DNA from: Guillardia theta CCMP2712
Taxonomy: Eukaryota > Protista > Cryptophyta
Reading direction: 5' to 3'
Length of the DNA stretch: 64,000 bases
NCBI RefSeq assembly: GCF_000315625.1
Contig: NW_005434634.1
Location: 520,531 to 584,530, forward strand
Shown here: positions 45,052 to 56,873 of the stretch, in pieces
How the letters are laid out: each line of letters starts with the position of its first letter
Numbering within the stretch: position 1 is the first letter of the stretch
Program-made: the position numbers and the translations under genes
Notes under the pieces: model-generated
Seen by the model: the letters and a program-made list of their open reading frames with translations, nothing else
Told to the model about the DNA's origin: nothing
Databases searched by the model: none

Positions 45052-47142
45052 ATGAAGCCTCACCTGATGGTGCTCTGGTGGGTGGGGCTGGTGCTGCTGA
45101 CCTCGCTCATCCTCCTCCTCCTCCTTCAGCTCAGAAGGAGCAGGCAGCATACAGCTGTCAGTGACAGGGAGGAGAGACGAAACCGACAAAAGATGTTGAA
45201 GAAAGCAAAGTCAAACCCTGCCGCAGTCACTCCGGCACAAGCTCATGCTGAAGCAGAGAAGGTAGAGGTGGTCCCAAGGAAAGTTAGGAGAAGAAACCTG
45301 GAGGAGAGAGCAAAGGAGGCAGCGAAGCAGAATCCTGATCTCCCGGTATTCGAGGGGAAGGCAGAGGATCCGAGGCTGTCGAAGCCAACCAACAAGGTAC
45401 AGCAGGCAGACGAATTTCTCCAGCAGGTGCGCAGGCTGCCGCCAACTGCAAGGAAGGAGCTGGAGGCATCAGCGAATGTGAGCAAAGCCTGGTGGGGAAA
45501 CCCCTTGCAAGTCTCCGATGAGAACACAACGAGAATCGAGATGAAGGTGAAGGGCAGAGGGGACGGCTGTTCGCACCTCCTCTCCCTGGTGTTGACCATC
45601 CCGCCTCGGTATCCTGCTCAGCCTCCACATGCAGAGCTCTCCTCCTCTGAGGTATCGGAAGCAGCCCTCGCCCACTTGAAGGCATGGTTGACGTCGCGAA
45701 TGAGGCAGTGGGAAGGCAGCGCCATGCTGACAAGAATCTTCGACTTGCTCGAGAGCGACGCAGCTCGGGTTGCGCACGAGTTCGACGTCACGAGCTGGAG
45801 CGCAGCAGAGCAGGAGAGTCTTGAGGCTGCACTGCGAGCCGCTCCTGCTTCCATGGACGCCAACGAAAGGTGGGAGGAGATCGCGCGGCTTGTGCCCGGG
45901 AAGAGCAGGCAGCAGTGCGTCGCACGCTTCAAGTTTGTGCGAGAGAGGCTGAACAAGCAGACCGTCGAGCCTCTGGCTGATGAATGGTTGGATGAACAGG
46001 CTGATGGTAATGAGCATGCTGGAAGAACCCGCCACGCGCGCGATGACCTGATGAACTTGGGCTTCATGGAAGAGGAGCTCGTCGAGGAGGAGGAGGAGGA
46101 GGACACTGACTCTGGAAGTGAAGATGGAGAGGAGGAGTCTGATCTTGATGATGACGAAGAAGATGAGGATGGAGCGAAAATCTTCATAGGGGAGGGAGAG
46201 GAAGGAGCAGCAGGCAGGCATCAAGGCACTCAGATCAGGATCGATCAAGCGCTCTTCCTCGGAACCTCTGTGGCTCAGATTTCTCAAGTTCGTCTCCTTC
46301 TCGCCTGCGAGAGATGTGGGACGCAAGTCGAAGCTTCCTGCGGGCGGCAGAGGGCATGGCAGAGGAGCTGCTCCAAGTGCAAGAGGGAGCTGACCGCTGG
46401 TTTCCGCCCCGACATTCTGCATCCCTCGAACTCGAGCGGAGGGTATCTCGACCTCACAGCATGTCTCGTGCAGCAGCTTCTTCCCATCGACCTCTGGCTT
46501 GCTTGCAGTGCTTGTGGCATGGAGTCTGCCGTCAGGAACGTTCGCTCCTCCACCCGAGCTTCCGTCTCCTGCTGCGGCTGCTTCGCGCAGATGTGCTTCG
46601 GCTTCGGGGGCAGCAGGCTCATCACCGTCTCCTCCACCTCCAGCGTACCTGGAGGAGGAGGAGGGGAGGGCGGGGACGGGAGGAAGAAGCTCAAAGCTGT
46701 GCCGAGGAAGAAGGAGGAGGGGCTGGTGGTGGGAACTCCGCTGCCCAACAAGGGCGCGTGCTCGCACTTCCGGCTGTCGCGGCGATGGCTCTGCTTTCCC
46801 TGCTGCGGTCGCGCGTTTCCCTGTCCTGTCTGCCACGACGAGGCTGTCAAGGGCGAGCACGAGACGATGTGGGCAAGCAGGATGATCTGCGGTAGCTGCA
46901 GCCGCGAGCAGCCAGTCCACAACAAGCAGTGCGAGTGCGGAGCGAAGCCGTGCGGAGGGACGGCGAGGAACTGGCAGGGAGGGGCGGGCCTGCGAGACAG
47001 GAGCAAGCTGGACAAGAAGGACAAGCGACACACAGACGCCCGATGGAGCGAGAAGAAGACGACGAGCAAGAAGAAGGAGCGGGTGGGAGAAGCCGCGAAG
47101 AAGAAGAGGGAAGAACGAAAGGAGGGGAAAGCGAAGGCTTGA
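45052..47142 (+). CDS. N-terminal TM anchor + RWD + SANT/Myb + Zn-ribbons + CHY zinc finger protein
   Basis: RWD LTIPPRYPAQPP; SANT WSAAEQESLEAAL...ERWEEIARLVPGKSRQQCVARFK; CxxC pairs; CHY-type GACSHF..S.RWL.FPCCGRAFPCPVCHD...MICG.CSREQ. Confidence 0.85.
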   Translation: MKPHLMVLWWVGLVLLTSLILLLLLQLRRSRQHTAVSDREERRNRQKMLKKAKSNPAAVTPAQAHAEAEKVEVVPRKVRRRNLEERAKEAAKQNPDLPVFEGKAEDPRLSKPTNKVQQADEFLQQVRRLPPTARKELEASANVSKAWWGNPLQVSDENTTRIEMKVKGRGDGCSHLLSLVLTIPPRYPAQPPHAELSSSEVSEAALAHLKAWLTSRMRQWEGSAMLTRIFDLLESDAARVAHEFDVTSWSAAEQESLEAALRAAPASMDANERWEEIARLVPGKSRQQCVARFKFVRERLNKQTVEPLADEWLDEQADGNEHAGRTRHARDDLMNLGFMEEELVEEEEEEDTDSGSEDGEEESDLDDDEEDEDGAKIFIGEGEEGAAGRHQGTQIRIDQALFLGTSVAQISQVRLLLACERCGTQVEASCGRQRAWQRSCSKCKRELTAGFRPDILHPSNSSGGYLDLTACLVQQLLPIDLWLACSACGMESAVRNVRSSTRASVSCCGCFAQMCFGFGGSRLITVSSTSSVPGGGGGEGGDGRKKLKAVPRKKEEGLVVGTPLPNKGACSHFRLSRRWLCFPCCGRAFPCPVCHDEAVKGEHETMWASRMICGSCSREQPVHNKQCECGAKPCGGTARNWQGGAGLRDRSKLDKKDKRHTDARWSEKKTTSKKKERVGEAAKKKREERKEGKAKA

Positions 47143-47197
47143 AGGGAGGAGGGAGGAGACAGCTTGTCTTGGTTCATCTTCACCCATATCTCGTCCT

Positions 47198-50100
47198 TTA
47201 CATCCTTCCCTGCTCGTCTATTTTGCCCTCCTCTTCTCCTCTCCTTCGCTTCTGCTCTGCCATCTCCGTTTCAACTCCACCAGCCTCCTCATCGCCGTCA
47301 GCTCTTTCCCCAGGTCCTCTGACGCCGACGTGAAGTTGGCGCTCAGCGCAAACCTGCACGCAAGTCAGTCCAGCTGACCCACAACAGCTTCTCTCGTACA
47401 TCTCCCGACGGAGACCTGCTGGGAGGCTGCCGTAGAGCTTCTCGGGGTCACAGGAGGCGACCAGGAGCGAGAGGAGGAGCGCGCTCGTGCGCGAGGCCCT
47501 CCAGCTGCCGATGCCATGCCGCACAAGCTCGTCCTGCTCACTAGATCATTTCCACCACCACCACCTCCTCCTTCCCCTCCCCCCTCTTGCTCCTCTCCTG
47601 CTGTTGTCTCATCACCTGTAGGATAAACTCTACCCGAGTGTAGAGGGTAGTAACCCGGGCAGTGTCCAGCACCTGAAGGAGGGTGAGGCCTGAGGCAGTA
47701 GTAGCTCCTGCTCCTGCTCCTGCTCCTGCTCCTCCATAATCCTTCCTACCCACCATCTTCTGCTCTATCCTTCTCCTCAGCTCTTCCTCACCTGCCACAG
47801 AGTCTCTCGGTGGAGGGGAAGGAGCCCTTCCCCGTGCGCCACGATCCTCTCGTAGCGATGGAGGTGCTGAACGAGATGCCCCCGAGACCTGAGGAGGAGG
47901 ATGAGGAGAGGAACGAAGCTGACAGGAGCTGGTACATCGCAGCAGCGATCAGAGCTGCTAAGACGCCTCCTGGGTCCCTCGCGTGCTGGATGACTGGCGG
48001 AGCCATGCTCTGACACGAGCATCAGAGGGGCGAGATGCAGGGAGAGAAAGAAGACGAAGAAGAAGAAGAAGAAGATGATGATGATGAAGACGTGCAAGAA
48101 GAAGTAGAAGAAGAAGAAGTAGTAGAAGATGCAGGATGAGGAGGAGGAGGAGGAGGAGGAGAAGGAGAAGGAGAAGGAGGAGGAGTAGATGATGATGATG
48201 ATGAGGAGGAGGAGGAGGGTGACGATGAAAACAACGAGGAAGAGACAGCGGCCTACCTCGAGCGCAAGGATAAAGTCCTGCATAGGGAGCAGGTTTCCTC
48301 CTAAATCTCTAACACAGAAGAAGCTCAGCAAGCCCGTCTGCTGCTCTTCTGCTGCTCTCCTGCTCCCATCAAGCCGCATGAGATTGAAGCAGGGTAAGGA
48401 GGAGGGAGGAGGAGGAGGGGAAGGTGGTGGTGGAGGAGAGGGAGGAGGAGAGGGTGGAGGAGAGGGTGGAGGAGGAGGGGAGGAGGAGAAGGAGGAGGAG
48501 AAGGAGGAGGAGAAGGAGGAGGAAGATGAGATGGAGATGTTCTCACTTGACCGTGATGAAACCTCTCTGTTGCCCTGAAGTTGCCCGGTGAAGAGGAGGA
48601 GAGATGCTTCTCCACAACTCCTTGAGCGACATCCAGTACACCCTCTCTCCTCCTCCTCCCTTCCCGACCTCAAGCACCAACGTAATGTCGCGAGCAGCCG
48701 AGTAGGCGCAGAGACACGCGAAGGAGGAGGAGGCGGACTGATCGTCCTCGTGGCACATCAGGGCAATGACACCGACAGGCGCCTCCTCCTCCTCCTCTCT
48801 CACGACTCCACGCTCATCGATGTCGGGCGTCGAGCCAAACACAGAGGAGCGAAGGACTTGGCGAAGCTCCTCCTCCTCCGACTCCTCCGCAAGGTGCACG
48901 CGGACTGACGCTCCTGCTACCTCGCCGAGGTCAGCGAGAAGCTGCAGGCTAGCATCGCTCTCTGCTTGAGGAGGGAGGAGGAGGCGGAGGGAGGAGGCGG
49001 AGTGCCGCTGCCACGGCCCCTTCCACAACCTTCCGCCTTCTAGCTGCACAGCATTGAGAACGAGAGCAAGAGCTGCGAGGTGGCGGAGGTGAGGAGCAGG
49101 AGAAGGAGAAGCAATCTCCAGCACTCTCAGCGTCATCGCTTCCCCCCGCGGGCCAGACGTCTTGAGGATTTTCCTTCCTGTCACAGGCTCACTGCAAGCA
49201 ACTTCCTTTCTCCTCCCTCCACTCCCTCCTCACCCGCTGCCTCCCTCCCCCTCCCTCCCTTCGCCCGTCTCCTCTCTCCTCTCAATCATCACCTTCTTCC
49301 GTACTGAGGCCAACGAGGTGGGAGGGGAGGGGCAGGCGATACATGGCGAGCAAGCTCGGTTCTGCTTCCTCGTCGTCTCTTCGCCAACTGCCGGCGGGAG
49401 GAGACGAGCATCGCGTGCTCTGCTCGAACTTCTGCCGCTCCTGCAGCTGCTCCAGCAGGTCCTGAATCTTCTCCGCCTGCTCCTTCAGCTCCATCCTCCT
49501 CTCTGCCGCGTACTTCTCGAACTTCGCCCTCTGCACCCGCAGATCTCCGAGCTTTCCCTCCCCGAGCTGCTCTTCTTTCTCCCTCTTGAGCTCTGCCAGC
49601 CTGTTGACAATCAGCAGAAAACAGTACGAGGAGGAGGAGGAGGAGGAGGAGGAGGAGGAGGAAATTTGACAGAGAGACGGTAGAAGCACCTGTAGCCGGA
49701 GTAGGTGGCAGCTTTGATGAGATGCTTGAGCTCTTCGCTGCTCATCCCTCCTCCTGCTCTCTCAGCGTCGAGTTTCAGCTGCTGCATCGCATCTTTTTCG
49801 CTTCTGATTCTTTCCTCGAAAGCCTCTCTTCCCTCCCTCTGCGCCTTCACCATCATCTCCAGCTCCTGCAGCTCCTCCGACTTCTCCTCGTCCTGCAGCT
49901 CCTCCGCCTCCTCCTTCACCTCTTCAGGCTCCTCCTTCCAGTCCTCAAGGGCCTCAGTGATAGACTGAAGTTTCTCCGCGATCTCAGCTGCTTCCTCTCT
50001 CCCTCCTCCTTGGCCGCGCCCTTCTCCCTCCAGCTTACTTTCCTCCCCGCTCATTGTTTCTGTCGCTTCCGCTACCGCGTCTGCAGCATGCTGGAGCCGA

Positions 50101-51863
50101 GAGCGGTACATGGTCCAGTACAGCTCTCGCGCACGCTCCTCCTCCGTCTTCCCCTCCTCGCGCTCTTTTCGTATCCTCTGCAACTCTTCTTCGCTGATCA
50201 GGCTTCCCCGCCACAGCTTGCTGATCCCATCGATCAGCGGCTTCGCAAAGTTCTCCTGCCTCTTCATCTTCCCCGTAAAGATCTTCATCCGCTGCGCCAT
50301 GCCCTCCACCCTTCCTTCCCGCCCTCGTGTCCCTTCCTGCACCTCCGAGCTGCCGACCTTTCCTGCCTCCTCCTTGTTCCCTTGCCCCTCTTCTCCCCCC
50401 TCCTTCTTCTGCTCTTCTTGCCTGTCTTGCTCGAGCTCCTGCTGCTGCTGCTGCTGCTCTTGATACACCTCAGGCTCTCTGGCAAACTTGCTCGCAGCTT
50501 GTCTGCTAGGAGGATGCGATGGCGGCAGCCCCCGAGCTCCTCCTCCCTGCCTGTTCACCGACCAGAGGCGCACAGAGCCATCGCGGGAGGAGGAGGCGAA
50601 GAAACTGCCGTCAGGAGGCAGCGCAACGTTGGTGATCATCTTGCCATGCCCGAGCACGACAGCAAGGCACCTCCACTTCCACCTCTCACCCTCCTGCAGC
50701 GGCTGCAGCTGCATCCTGTCTCCTCGCTCCACGGGGCCCCACACCCTCACTGAGTTGTCGCTTCCCCACATCAAGTTTCCCTCCCCCGAGATCAGCAGCT
50801 CTCCTCCATCGCCTCCTCTTGCGTCGAACGCTAGCGTCCTGACCGCTCCCCTGTGGCCAGACAGCGAGCTCACGACCTCCCCGTCCTCCACTCGCCACAG
50901 GCGGATGACGGAGTCGCTCCCCCCCGAGGCGAGGAGGTGACCTGAGGGGCTGAAGGAGCAGCACCAGACCTTGGCTTGCGCTCTGCCTCCCAGCACTCTC
51001 AGCTGCTCTCCGCTCTTGGTGCTCCAGAGGCGCAGGGAGCAGTCGAGGGAGCCGGAGGCCAGGAGGCGATCAGAGGGGTGGAACGAGAGGCAGGTGACCT
51101 CCTTCTCGTGCCCCCGCAGGGTCCGCGAGACTTCACCGTCGGACAGGCGGAAGAACCGGATCAGCTTGTCGGAGGAGGCGGCGGCGATGAAAGTGCCGAG
51201 AGGGTCGAACGAGCAGGCGAGGAAGTTGATCCCTCCCGCTCGCATCACTCGCACGCACTTCCCGTTGCTCACGTCCCACACGCGCAGGGACCCGTCGAAG
51301 GAGGCAGAGACGAGCAGCTCCCCCGACGGCGAGAAGCTCAAGCTGTAAACCCACTCAGAGTGACCGCGAAGAACGCGCAGGCACTCTCCGTCCATCCGCC
51401 ATAGCCTCACGATACGATCTCCTCCTCCACTCGCAAGGAGGGGGACCAGCGGGTGGAACGCACAGCACCAGACCGGAGCCTCATGCTCGTTCAGACTCCG
51501 AACCTCCTCCACCTCGATCGACTCAGGATAACCGCCCGGCAACGAACCAACCGGAGCCTGCGCCCTTGTTCCATACAAGCCATCCCCATGCTGATGGCCA
51601 CATTCCTGCTCCTCTACCCTCCTCTCTTGCTTGGGGGTGCAGGGATACCATGAAACGACCGAGGGAAGACAACGGAAGGCGCTCGGAGGCTCCAGCACGG
51701 TGACCTCGCGGTTCGAGGATGCCAGAAGTTCGTCGCCACCGTAAGATCGAGCGATCAGATTCTCGGCAAGAGCGACTCGCCTCTTCTCGGCTTCAAGAGC
51801 AGCAACAAGCTCTGAGATCCGACGGTTGCTGTCCTCAAGCTCTTGTTCCAGAGATCCCGTCAT
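47198..51863 (-). CDS. WD40-repeat protein with coiled coil and unrecognised C-terminal region, multi-exon
   Basis: Seven GH...WD-type repeats (about 50560-51490), then an E/K coiled coil. Downstream exons (47.2-49.6 kb) join through GT-AG introns; single-gene status is uncertain. Confidence 0.75.
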
Positions 51864-51947
51864 CCTCCCCGGGATCTCGTCTCTTCGCTACTCTTCCACT
51901 TGTGCTGCTGGGAGGCCTTGAGCTCAGCTCGCACACCCTTCACAACC

Positions 51948-51997
51948 TTCCTGCCTCCTGCCTCCTGCCTCCTGCCTCCTGCCTCCTGCCTCCTGCC
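51948..51997 (+). repeat. 7-nt tandem repeat (cctcctg)n
   Basis: Read directly from the sequence. Confidence 0.8.
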
Positions 51998-52658
51998 TTC
52001 AACACCCACAAGTTCCTGCTCTGTCCTCTGGTCCCTCGTCGTCCACTCTCACTCCGTCCTTGCTTCCCCTCCGCTCTCCCCGATTCCTCCTTGTGCTGAC
52101 TCGTCGCCCTCTACCTCATCACCCTCATACCCATCATCACCCTCGTCCCACGTAGCCCTCATCCCCTCATCTCTTACTCATCACCCTCATACCCTCCGGG
52201 ACCCACTGCAAACTGAGCCTGCCTCGGAGATGCCTCAAGGCTGATCTCAAAGATTCAGGTCGGGGCATGTGTATACGAGGGTCTAGGAGGGGGGGTAAAG
52301 GTCACTGATTTCATATGTCTTGATATAATGGATAGAGAAGATCCTCGGACTTGTTGAATCCAGGTCATATGCAAGTGTTGTTCAAGAATGGGGGTAGGGG
52401 TACTTATTTACTACTCAATACCGGTGTGATGCCACATGCAACATTTGGGAATAGGTGGGGTAGGGTCATCGATCTCCCTATCCATTCGGGGTAGTAAAGG
52501 GTGGGGTAGGGTGTAAAAGATTTGCCGTTGAGGCCGCTCGCCTTTTCCTGACCCCCCCCACCTGCTTCTCTCCTCCTCCTCCTCCTCCTCAAGCCCTCTG
52601 CTTCTGCGAGCTCCCTTCTCCTCGCCTCGTCTCATCTCCATCTCAAGATCTTGCAACC

Positions 52659-53026
52659 ATGATCTTCATCAGGCCGGACGATGAGCAATCTACGACAACC
52701 GTTCATGGTAAAGCTCCCATGTACGAGGATAGGGGAGGAGACGCAAAGTCCTTTGCTCGAAGAGGAAACGCCCTGTCGGATGTCACCAACTACCTCCAAC
52801 CAAACTCATCAAAGCAGAACTTTCAGCAGGCAGACATGGCAAAGAAACGGCAGATGACATCAGGAGGGTTAGGACGGATTGATCCGATGCATCAGAGCAT
52901 GAAGCCTGCAGGCAAGCAGTTGCATCATGACGCTTCTCGGCAATCCATGCAGTCATATTATGTTGACCAAGAAAACCAATACAAGACTATGCAGTACCCT
53001 CAACCTCAACAGAAGAAGCTACAGCC

Positions 53027-53065
<39 letters not shown>

Positions 53066-54806
53066 GCAGTCGGTTCGCCTGCAGATCCAGCAAACTTCAG
53101 GCACTAGACAGCAGACCACCTTCCAACCCCCGCAACAGCCACACCATCAGCAACAATTTCAGCGCCATCAGCAGCATCAGCAGCAGCAACAACTACTTCT
53201 ACAGCAGCAGCAAGTACAGCAGCAGCGCCAGTACCAAACGCAGCAGCAGCAGCAGCAGCAGCAGCGTGGACAGCAAGGATCCTTCCAGTTCTTCCCTCTC
53301 TTCAACCGCCAAGTCTACCAGGCCCGAGATCAAGCGCCTGTTCGGAGCCAGCAGGTCCAGGCATACAGTCAGTACCAGTCGAGCGATTACATGGCCGCGC
53401 GATCTGCTGACTTGCAGCGACAAGCCATGAACAGGGGGGCACCAGCACCTGCCGACCTGACTTATCAGATGCTCTACTCTGCCCAAGTCGCCAGCGTGCC
53501 GACGGCTTTTGCTCAGTCTTACATGATACCTCAGAAGAACAGGAAGAAGAAGCGAACTGGAAAGAAGCAGCCTGTTGTTCGGGGTTACAACCCCCTCCTC
53601 AGCCCCCTCACCGAGAACACCCTGGGTGAGTTGTCAACCCCCGCCAGGACGGAGCTGGAGAAGGAGATCTGTGCTAAGTACTCGATCCCTTACATTCCGT
53701 CGCCTCTGGCTGATGCAGATGAGGTCGAAGTTCTGGTCACCCAAGAGAATGCGCGGCCCGGAGATGTGGTGAAGATTGCCAAGGAATTCGCTCGACTTCC
53801 CTTCTTCAGAAAGTACTCAGGACGAACAGGTGGGATGTTTGTAGGTCATGCTGCGGCCTATTGAGGCTGACTAGTTCGTCTGACAGGTCTCTTGTTGCGA
53901 AGCTGCGAAGCTCCTGGAGGGAGCGGGTGGATTGTGAACTTTGGGGAGCATCTTGGAAAGCAGTTTTTCTGCACAGGAGGGGAAGGAAAGATGAATCACC
54001 TGGCGCATTACATCCCTTCCAGAAAAGATTTCATCGACGAGACCCTTACACGAAAGTTCCTCGACGAGTCTTTCAAGGCAACGCAGGAGCAGAGCAGGAA
54101 AGAGAGTGCGGATCACAGGTCGGCGGTCAAGAGGGAGGAAGCAAAGTCTTCGACGGTGTTGCGCGAGAAAACGCAGGACGGAGTTAACGGCCATCATAGC
54201 AAGTCGAAGCGACATGTCGATCAGCTGGAGGCCCCTGGTAGTGAGAGGGACGACGAGCCTGCGCTCGAGTCTGCCCAGAAGATGTCCAAGAATACGCAGG
54301 ATGTTGTAGCTGAGAGTCAGCTGGAAGACAGGAAGAAAAGCTTTTGGATCCCAGAGCTGCAGTCCTTGTACTCTGACATCGACGCTCGAGGTCGAGACAA
54401 GGTTGAAGCCGCAAGTCTTGTCGTGTCTCTTGTCTGATGTTGTCGATCCCAGGCTCACCAGCCTTGTGCTTCCATTGCCGCCAAGAACGAGACTCAAGAA
54501 GCGGGAAACAGCAGTGCCAGTCAGGGGGAGGTAACAAAGAAACCCGATGAAGAGAGGTAGAGCACTGACATGGGGGATGCAGAAGAAGAAGCAATCGACG
54601 AATGTTCTCGGAGCATCCGAATGCAACAAGATTGGTAGCGACAACAGCGCGCAAGGGAATGTTGAAGGACGCCAGCAAGAGCTGGGAAAGGAGGGCGGCA
54701 GGTAAGAAACTTATCCTCCTGCTCCAGCCTTTGATTTCTCTACGTAGCGAGAGAAAGTTGAAGCTGCACAACCCCCTCGATCTCCTCAAGGTAGGCTGAG
54801 GGCCCT

Positions 54807-54844
<38 letters not shown>

Positions 54845-54960
54845 TCTCACTCAGGCTCTTCCTCGTCCTCTCACTCTTCTCCTCATCATCATCTTGATCC
54901 TCATCTTCTGATGTCTGACTCGAGCGGCAGCATGGATCCCCGACGTTCTGGTTGGCTTAA
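52659..54960 (+). CDS. Glutamine-rich hypothetical protein with a small central globular domain, multi-exon
   Basis: Poly-Q tracts, NLS-like KNRKKKRTGKK, and an intron at about 53830-53886 restoring ...YSGRTG|LLLRSCEAPGGSGWIVNFG. 3' exons approximate. Confidence 0.6.
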
Positions 54961-55267
54961 TGATCTGATCTGATCGCCAACACATACTAACAGCTGGAGC
55001 CGAGCTGAACTGACAACTGAGATGAGACTACTAATGTGAGAAAAATTAAATATCTCGCTTCTGGTACACTATGTACATGCACACAACAAAACCTTGCGGC
55101 CCCGGGTCTCTTCCGCCCATCAGTCTCCTCCTCCTCCCGGTCGTCCGACGTCGTCTCGCCGCAGTGAGCGACCGGGCCCGCCGCCGGGTGACTCACTCGC
55201 GGAAGTTTGCCTAAAAAAAGAAGAAACTGTAAAAGAAAACAAAAACTTTTTTTATTTTTCGTGAGGT

Positions 55268-56838
55268 ATGGCGCGAGCAGGGATAGCGGTGATGGTGATG
55301 CTGGTTCACTTGACGGGAGGAGGAGAGACGAGGAGAGGAGGAGGAGGAGGAGGAGGAGACCTGGAGGAGATCAGACTGGCGCATGCTGGTAGCTCCTACC
55401 TGAACCTCCTCGATACAAGAAGGAGATGCGACTCCTCGAGCTTGAAAATGGTTAAAACACTTGGCTTTGCCATGCTGGCTTAGGGCGACTAACTTTCTTG
55501 GCATCTAGTTACGCTTGAGAGGAGGACAAAGAAGAAGATATGAGGGAAGTCAGGGAACCAGGAAGAATGATGACAGGAGGCCAGGCAAGCATGCTCTTCA
55601 GTAAATTTTCAGAATCCGCTCACTATGTTTCAGATTCGTCGCCTAGGATGTTCTTGTTGGTGTCGATGACAGACTCAGCCGACCCTGGTTCATGTTCACA
55701 AAGCAAAACAAGTATCTGACAGTCATGCAACAGAATGCATCGTCAACGATGTGATCAAAGCCTGCGCTGAAGATGTAGAAAGCAACGAAGACGAACCATT
55801 TCCGTCAATTGGTCGCACCGTCAGGTGCTGTGCATATGTGGCAGGTGGCTGATGTGACTGGAACGTGAGCAGGTTGTCGAAGAGATGTACTGGAGTACAT
55901 TCAAAGCGAGCAACGTTCTTGCTGGCTCCACGGAAGGACCCCACCCATCTCCTAGATCTCCTCAAGGTCGTGGACGGAGTAATTCTATTGCACGCAGGTG
56001 AAGTTGACTCCCTCCCTTTTCCCTCTCCTCATCTTCAAGCCCAGGCGTTGAAATGCCTTCTCCCTCCTCCATGACGCACTCGCTCGACGGCTATCGGCTC
56101 CTTCCTGGTGGCCATGGTGCTCTGGCAGTGAACCTTCTGCGAGCTCAAGGGCTACCTGCTATCGTCGCTGCCTCGTACGATGACAAGAACCTGTCGTCGT
56201 CAGTGAACGTCAAGGTTGCCTCAGCTTCTCGTCCTCCTTGTGACCGCAGCATGCAGATTCGGAAGGGGAGGGCGCAGTTTCTATGCGCAGGTACGAAGCA
56301 AGGGCAGTGAGTTATCATGACGATTTCGGCAGAGGGACTGGGCGAGGAGAAGGATTTGAGACCGTTCGACCTGCACGACAAGCAGCAAGTTGAAGGTGTG
56401 AGCGCCTCGTGGGTCTTGTTCGATGACGAGGATGGGGCAGGCATGATCCGCTCTCTCATGAACCGAGAGCCCAAAGGGCCGGCATGGCGGCAACCATACG
56501 CCTACATGATGGCGAGCAATTGCTACTTCTCCTCCTACGTGAACAGCTCAAGTGAGGCCGATGAGATGCTGGAGAATGGGAAGGAGGGGACGAGCGAGAA
56601 GCTCGTGACTACCGTCGTGATCGAAGGATTCCTCCGCTCCCGGCCTCTGAGCGCGGATCAGCTCGTGCACGTGTCAGGAGTTGGAACGTTCAAAGTTCAC
56701 TCGATCTCGCTGACTTCTCCAAGCAAGGAGTTGATCAGCAAGAGGAAGTTCTCACCGACAGAGAAAGTCGGAGAGCAGGAGAGCCGACCAGAGAACGATC
56801 AGGAGGACGAGAGTGAACATGCGAATCTGGATGTCGGT

Positions 56839-56873
<35 letters not shown>

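Noticed and set aside
45469-47187. Long antisense ORF (572 aa), and similar ones opposite typA and the WD40 gene
   Set aside because: Shadow ORFs expected from GC-rich codon usage; no recognisable domains.
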